Assembly: GCA_050331235.1 (NCBI GenBank)
Contig: JBHJHA010000043.1
Span: 1-21,319 of the forward strand
DNA length: 21,319 bases
Direction: 5' to 3'
DNA from: Leptolyngbyaceae cyanobacterium
Lineage (GTDB): Bacteria > Cyanobacteriota > Cyanobacteriia > Phormidesmidales > Phormidesmidaceae
Shown here: one piece after another, positions 17,815 to 21,319 of the stretch
How positions within the stretch are numbered: position 1 is the first letter of the stretch
How the letters are laid out: each line of letters starts with the position of its first letter
The notes under the pieces: generated by a model
Seen by the model: only the letters and a program-made list of their open reading frames with translations
Told to the model about the DNA's origin: nothing
Database searches by the model: none
Program-made: the position numbers and the translations under genes

Positions 17815-18764
17815 GCCGAGTTGCCGACTCGATTTATTGGATGAATCGCTACGTCGAGCGGGCGGAAAATGTCGCCCGTTTTGTCGAGGTCAACTTGAAT
17901 TTGTTGCTCGATGCGCCCCAAGCGGGCGTTGCCCAACAGTGGCAGCCCTTAGTGACTACCACTGGGGATAAAGCCCTGTTCGAGTCTCGCTACGGTCATG
18001 CCAATTCAGAAAATGTTTTGCGGTTTTTGACCTTTGACAGTGCATATCCCAACTCCATTTTGTCTTGTGTCAAGGCAGCTCGCGAAAATGCTCGTTCCGT
18101 TCGCGAGACGATTTCCTCTGAAATGTGGGAACAGGTCAATGCCTTTTATCTTTGGGTTAAAGAGACAGCCACTGCGGAAATTTCGGCGGAACGATTGTAT
18201 AGTTTTTACCCGGAAGTCAAAATGGCCAGCCATCTGTTTGCTGGGGTGACCGATGCCACCATGTCCCACAACGAAGGCTGGCACTTTGGCCGGTTAGGGC
18301 GGTTGCTCGAGCGCGCGGATAAAACGGCGCGGATTCTCGATGTGAAATACTTCATCCTGCTGCCATCGGTCACTGACGTGGGCACGCCGTTAGACGAGCT
18401 CCAGTGGATTGCGTTGCTCAAGTCGGCCAGCGCCTATGAGATGTATCGCAAGCGTCAGCGACGGGTGACGCCTGAGGGGATCACCCGCTTTCTGATTCTC
18501 GATGCCGAGTTTCCCCGGTCAATCCAGTTTTGTTTGTTGCAAGCGGAGCGATCGCTCCATCAAATTACGGGTACGGCGATCGGCAGTTGGTGTAACAATA
18601 GTGAGCGCACCCTGGGACGGCTGCGGTCAGAATTAGAGTATATGACTCTGGAAGAAGTCTTTGATACGGGTTTGCATGAGTTTCTCGACCAGTTGCAAAC
18701 TCGGTTAAACACGGTGGGAGAGCATATCTACCAAGACTTCATGGCCGTTCCCATCGCCAGCTAA
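17808..18764 (+). CDS. Alpha-E domain protein (COG2307)
   Basis: [57 protein letters not shown]; the start overlaps the end of the ATP-grasp gene. Confidence 0.96.
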   Translation: MLSRVADSIYWMNRYVERAENVARFVEVNLNLLLDAPQAGVAQQWQPLVTTTGDKALFESRYGHANSENVLRFLTFDSAYPNSILSCVKAARENARSVRETISSEMWEQVNAFYLWVKETATAEISAERLYSFYPEVKMASHLFAGVTDATMSHNEGWHFGRLGRLLERADKTARILDVKYFILLPSVTDVGTPLDELQWIALLKSASAYEMYRKRQRRVTPEGITRFLILDAEFPRSIQFCLLQAERSLHQITGTAIGSWCNNSERTLGRLRSELEYMTLEEVFDTGLHEFLDQLQTRLNTVGEHIYQDFMAVPIAS

Positions 18765-19640
18765 TTGGTACGACCCTTGCGCTATCACATTTCCCATAAG
18801 ACGGTTTATCGTTACGATCAGCCGGTGCGGCTGGGGGTTCACCACTTGCGGTTGCGGCCCCGCAGCGACGGTAGCCAGCATTTGCAGGCCTTTGCTATCA
18901 ACATCCAGCCCCCCCCGGGAACGCAATCTGATCATCTCGATGCCGAAGGCAATGCCTGTCTATCCCTTTGGTTTAGTGATGACTGGACCTCGAAACTGAT
19001 CATCGAGACTACCGCTGAGGTCCAGACCTTTCGCGTCAATCCTTATAACTACTTGAGTGAGCCTTGGGCGATCGCGGCTCCGGTGGACTATCCCCAGAGC
19101 CTCGCTGGGCATTTAGCGCCTTATCTGCGGCCCACCTTAGCGGCAAGCTTTAGCCCCCCTGTCGTTGAATTTGCCCAGTCTTTGCTGAGCTACGTGCAAG
19201 GCAACGTCGGGTTGTTTTTATCACAGCTGACTCAGACCCTGTATGAGGAGTTTGAATATCATCATCGCCCCGAAGGCGCGCCGCAACCGCCCAGCTTAAC
19301 TATGCGCCAAAAAGCGGGCTCCTGTCGCGACTTTGCCATGCTGTTTGTGGAGGCGTGTCAGGCTGTGGGGCTAGCCGCGCGTTTTGTCAGTGGCTACCAG
19401 GAAGGCGACGAAGCCCAACCCCATCGGGAACTCCATGCCTGGCCAGAGGTTTACATTCCTGGGGGCGGATGGCGTGGCTTTGACCCCACCCACGGACTGG
19501 CCGTCGCCGATCGCCACATTCCCTTAGCTGCCGCTGCCCATCCGCAAAATGCTGCCCCCGTCTCAGGGGTCATGAAATTAGGGCAAATTGCCAAAACTAG
19601 CTTGGATTACGTGATTCGCATCCAGCGATCGCCCGATTGA
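18765..19640 (+). CDS. Transglutaminase-like protein (Bact_transglu_N plus core)
   Basis: YHISHKTVYRY...LRLRPR N-terminal domain; catalytic triad in GSCRDFA (C), HAWPEVY (H) and FDPT (D); ARFVSGY. Abuts the alpha-E stop; the exact start codon is uncertain. Confidence 0.95.
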   Translation: MVRPLRYHISHKTVYRYDQPVRLGVHHLRLRPRSDGSQHLQAFAINIQPPPGTQSDHLDAEGNACLSLWFSDDWTSKLIIETTAEVQTFRVNPYNYLSEPWAIAAPVDYPQSLAGHLAPYLRPTLAASFSPPVVEFAQSLLSYVQGNVGLFLSQLTQTLYEEFEYHHRPEGAPQPPSLTMRQKAGSCRDFAMLFVEACQAVGLAARFVSGYQEGDEAQPHRELHAWPEVYIPGGGWRGFDPTHGLAVADRHIPLAAAAHPQNAAPVSGVMKLGQIAKTSLDYVIRIQRSPD

Positions 19641-19648
19641 GTCTGCGA

Positions 19649-20800
19649 CTAACTGCAGGTCCCCACCGGTAGTGATGGCGTTGCAAACTCCAGGGTCGCG
19701 GTGTTATCGATAGGGCAGTATTGACCGGCGGCATCCACTGCGCCAAACGTTTTCAACACTTGATTAATGGCTTGTGGTACCTGCCCGTAATCAAACTGAC
19801 CGTCACCGGCTGATACCGTAGCCCAAAACTCTTTGAATGCAGGGGCATAGCGCGCCGCTTCGGCTGGGGATAAGTTGAATGGCGGCGAGGCAAGAAACTT
19901 CGTCATGAACTGTTGAGAGCGATCGCTCATCCATTGCCGGGAAGCGGTTTGCAAATCCGGCCAGCCAGGGACTGACCGTACCCGATGGCTCTCGACCCGG
20001 AGCTGTCGGTGCCCCGAGGCCTGGGTCGTTAGCGTCAAGATGCGGTAAGGATGGGGATAACTGACCAAAGACCCAGTGGTAATTTCCCATAGGTCGTCCA
20101 ACTGAGCAATGTCTTGCACATGCAAGTGCCCGGTAAAGAGTAGATTGACCCGCCCTTGGCGAAGTCGTTGGATCAAGTCGTCGCGGTTTTGCGTGATGTA
20201 GCGCCGCCCCATTGGATGCTGAGATTGTCCTGGCAGATGCTCCAGCACATTGTGGTGAATCGCCACCATCACCCAGTCATCTCGCAAAGCCTCCAACTTG
20301 GCGGTCAACCACGCGAGCTGTTCAGCATCGACAAAGCCGGAGTAGAGCTGCTTTCCTGCTGCATCAAAGGCAATGGTGTTGAGCCCAATCAGATGCAGAC
20401 CTGGCACGAGGGGTTGATGGTAGTAGAGGCGATCGCCCTCGTAGCCCAAACCTTGATAGATCCGAGGAAACTCAGCGAGGCCGATGGTGTGCCCTTGGCG
20501 CTCAGGGTGAATGATGTCGTGGTTGCCGGGCACAACATAGGCCGGAAAGGGCAGTTGCCGCAACCGCTGTGCCAACCATTCATGGTTTTCCCGTTCCCCA
20601 TGTTGGGTCAGATCCCCTGGTAGCAACAAAAAATCTAGCGGTTGAGTCTCTAGCGATCGCAAAATTTGCTCTATCGCCGGAATGCTGACCTCCACTAAAT
20701 GAAATCGCTGGGGCGTGTAGGCAATGGTCTGGGGGAGCGCAATATGCGGATCGCTAACGATGGCAAAACGGACAGAACGAACCATAGATCTTTTAGCCAT
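19649..20800 (-). CDS. Calcineurin-like metallophosphoesterase
   Basis: SDPH, GDLT, PGNHD, IHH and GHLH metal-binding motifs. Confidence 0.93.
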   Translation of the reverse strand: MAKRSMVRSVRFAIVSDPHIALPQTIAYTPQRFHLVEVSIPAIEQILRSLETQPLDFLLLPGDLTQHGERENHEWLAQRLRQLPFPAYVVPGNHDIIHPERQGHTIGLAEFPRIYQGLGYEGDRLYYHQPLVPGLHLIGLNTIAFDAAGKQLYSGFVDAEQLAWLTAKLEALRDDWVMVAIHHNVLEHLPGQSQHPMGRRYITQNRDDLIQRLRQGRVNLLFTGHLHVQDIAQLDDLWEITTGSLVSYPHPYRILTLTTQASGHRQLRVESHRVRSVPGWPDLQTASRQWMSDRSQQFMTKFLASPPFNLSPAEAARYAPAFKEFWATVSAGDGQFDYGQVPQAINQVLKTFGAVDAAGQYCPIDNTATLEFATPSLPVGTCS

Positions 20801-21002
20801 GGCAAAAGGAAAACTGGCTACAGACTAGCCCAAAAACAGTTTATTAATCTGTGACGTGAATCCTCGAGCGGCGATAGATCTGCCCATAGTCAGTCAACTT
20901 CCCCGTAGTATTAAACATCCCTAGCCGCACCATGGACGCTAGCAGCCAGGCGTGGCAAGTGTTCTCCTAAGCCAACGACGATGAAGCCAACCGCCACCTA
21001 CG

Positions 21003-21179
21003 ATGCTCAAAATCTTTGTTTATGGCACCTTAAAGCCCAGCGAGGTAGCCTTTGCCCGATATTGTCAGCCCTGGGTCATAGAGTCCCAGATGGCTTATGT
21101 TAAGGGGCGGCTGTTTCATCTTCCCCAAGGATATCCAGCCCTCACCGAGGGCGATCGCTGGGTGCAGGGGGCATTGCCA
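21003..21179 (+). pseudogene. Gamma-glutamylcyclotransferase (GGCT/AIG2-like) gene, 5' part, interrupted by an IS
   Basis: KIFVYGTLK...GRLFHL..GYPAL...VQG; similarity stops after about 58 aa, exactly where the IS terminus begins. Confidence 0.85.
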
Positions 21180-21319
21180 ACGTCAGTTCGACGAGTTAAA
21201 AGATGGCTTCAGGGAGCGCCGACAAGCCTTTGAACTCTAGGTCTAAGGCGGGTTTCTTCTCTTGATAGGTATAAGCCACCAAGGCCGCCAGAGTATTGAC
21301 CAGGAAATTGAACGGGCTG
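21180..21319 (-). mobile_element. IS982-family insertion sequence, right end (runs off the window)
   Basis: Terminus ACGTCAGTTCGACGAG at 21180, directly adjacent to the transposase stop codon at 21196-21198. Confidence 0.8.
21196..21318 (-). CDS. IS982-family transposase, C-terminal fragment (partial)
   Basis: Manual translation: SPFNFLVNTLAALVAYTYQEKKPALDLEFKGLSALPEAIF*, matching the IS982 C-terminal 'HRS..NF.VN....L.AY....KKP' pattern. Confidence 0.85.
   Translation of the reverse strand, partial: SPFNFLVNTLAALVAYTYQEKKPALDLEFKGLSALPEAIF

Larger units (their letters stand above)
565..21158. repeat. HIP1 octamer GCGATCGC, dispersed
   Basis: About 24 copies counted by eye (e.g. 734-741, 21151-21158), against fewer than one expected by chance; characteristic of cyanobacteria. 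Confidence 0.95.

Noticed and set aside
1..21319. CRISPR array, tRNA or rRNA, or a composite transposon bounded by the two IS ends
   Set aside because: No regularly spaced repeats or RNA-gene signatures were seen; the two ISs belong to different families and more likely mark assembly breaks.

Overview
Cyanobacterial chromosomal segment (about two dozen HIP1 GCGATCGC octamers counted by eye, plus gun4 and a cyanobacterial-type icd), cut at both ends inside insertion sequences: an ISAs1-family element on the left and an IS982-family element on the right that has disrupted a gamma-glutamylcyclotransferase-family gene. Left part: ykvA/DUF1232, icd, gun4. Middle (about 3.6-15.2 kb): a general-stress/desiccation-type cluster with a CPA2 antiporter fused to USP domains, a YvlD holin-like protein, bacterial topoisomerase IB, DUF6335-like, YqaE/Pmp3, CsbD-like and Lti-like proteins, a single-domain response regulator, DUF2294 and a ~1020-aa membrane-anchored helical-repeat protein. 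Most of these genes appear to share a degenerate 16-bp 7-2-7 box 22-23 nt upstream of a -10-like hexamer, suggesting one regulon. Right part: a complete Anbu (proteasome-type protease) / circularly permuted ATP-grasp / alpha-E / transglutaminase operon with an internal perfect NtcA box, then a metallophosphoesterase and the broken GGCT gene. All family calls are from motif recognition; no searches were run.
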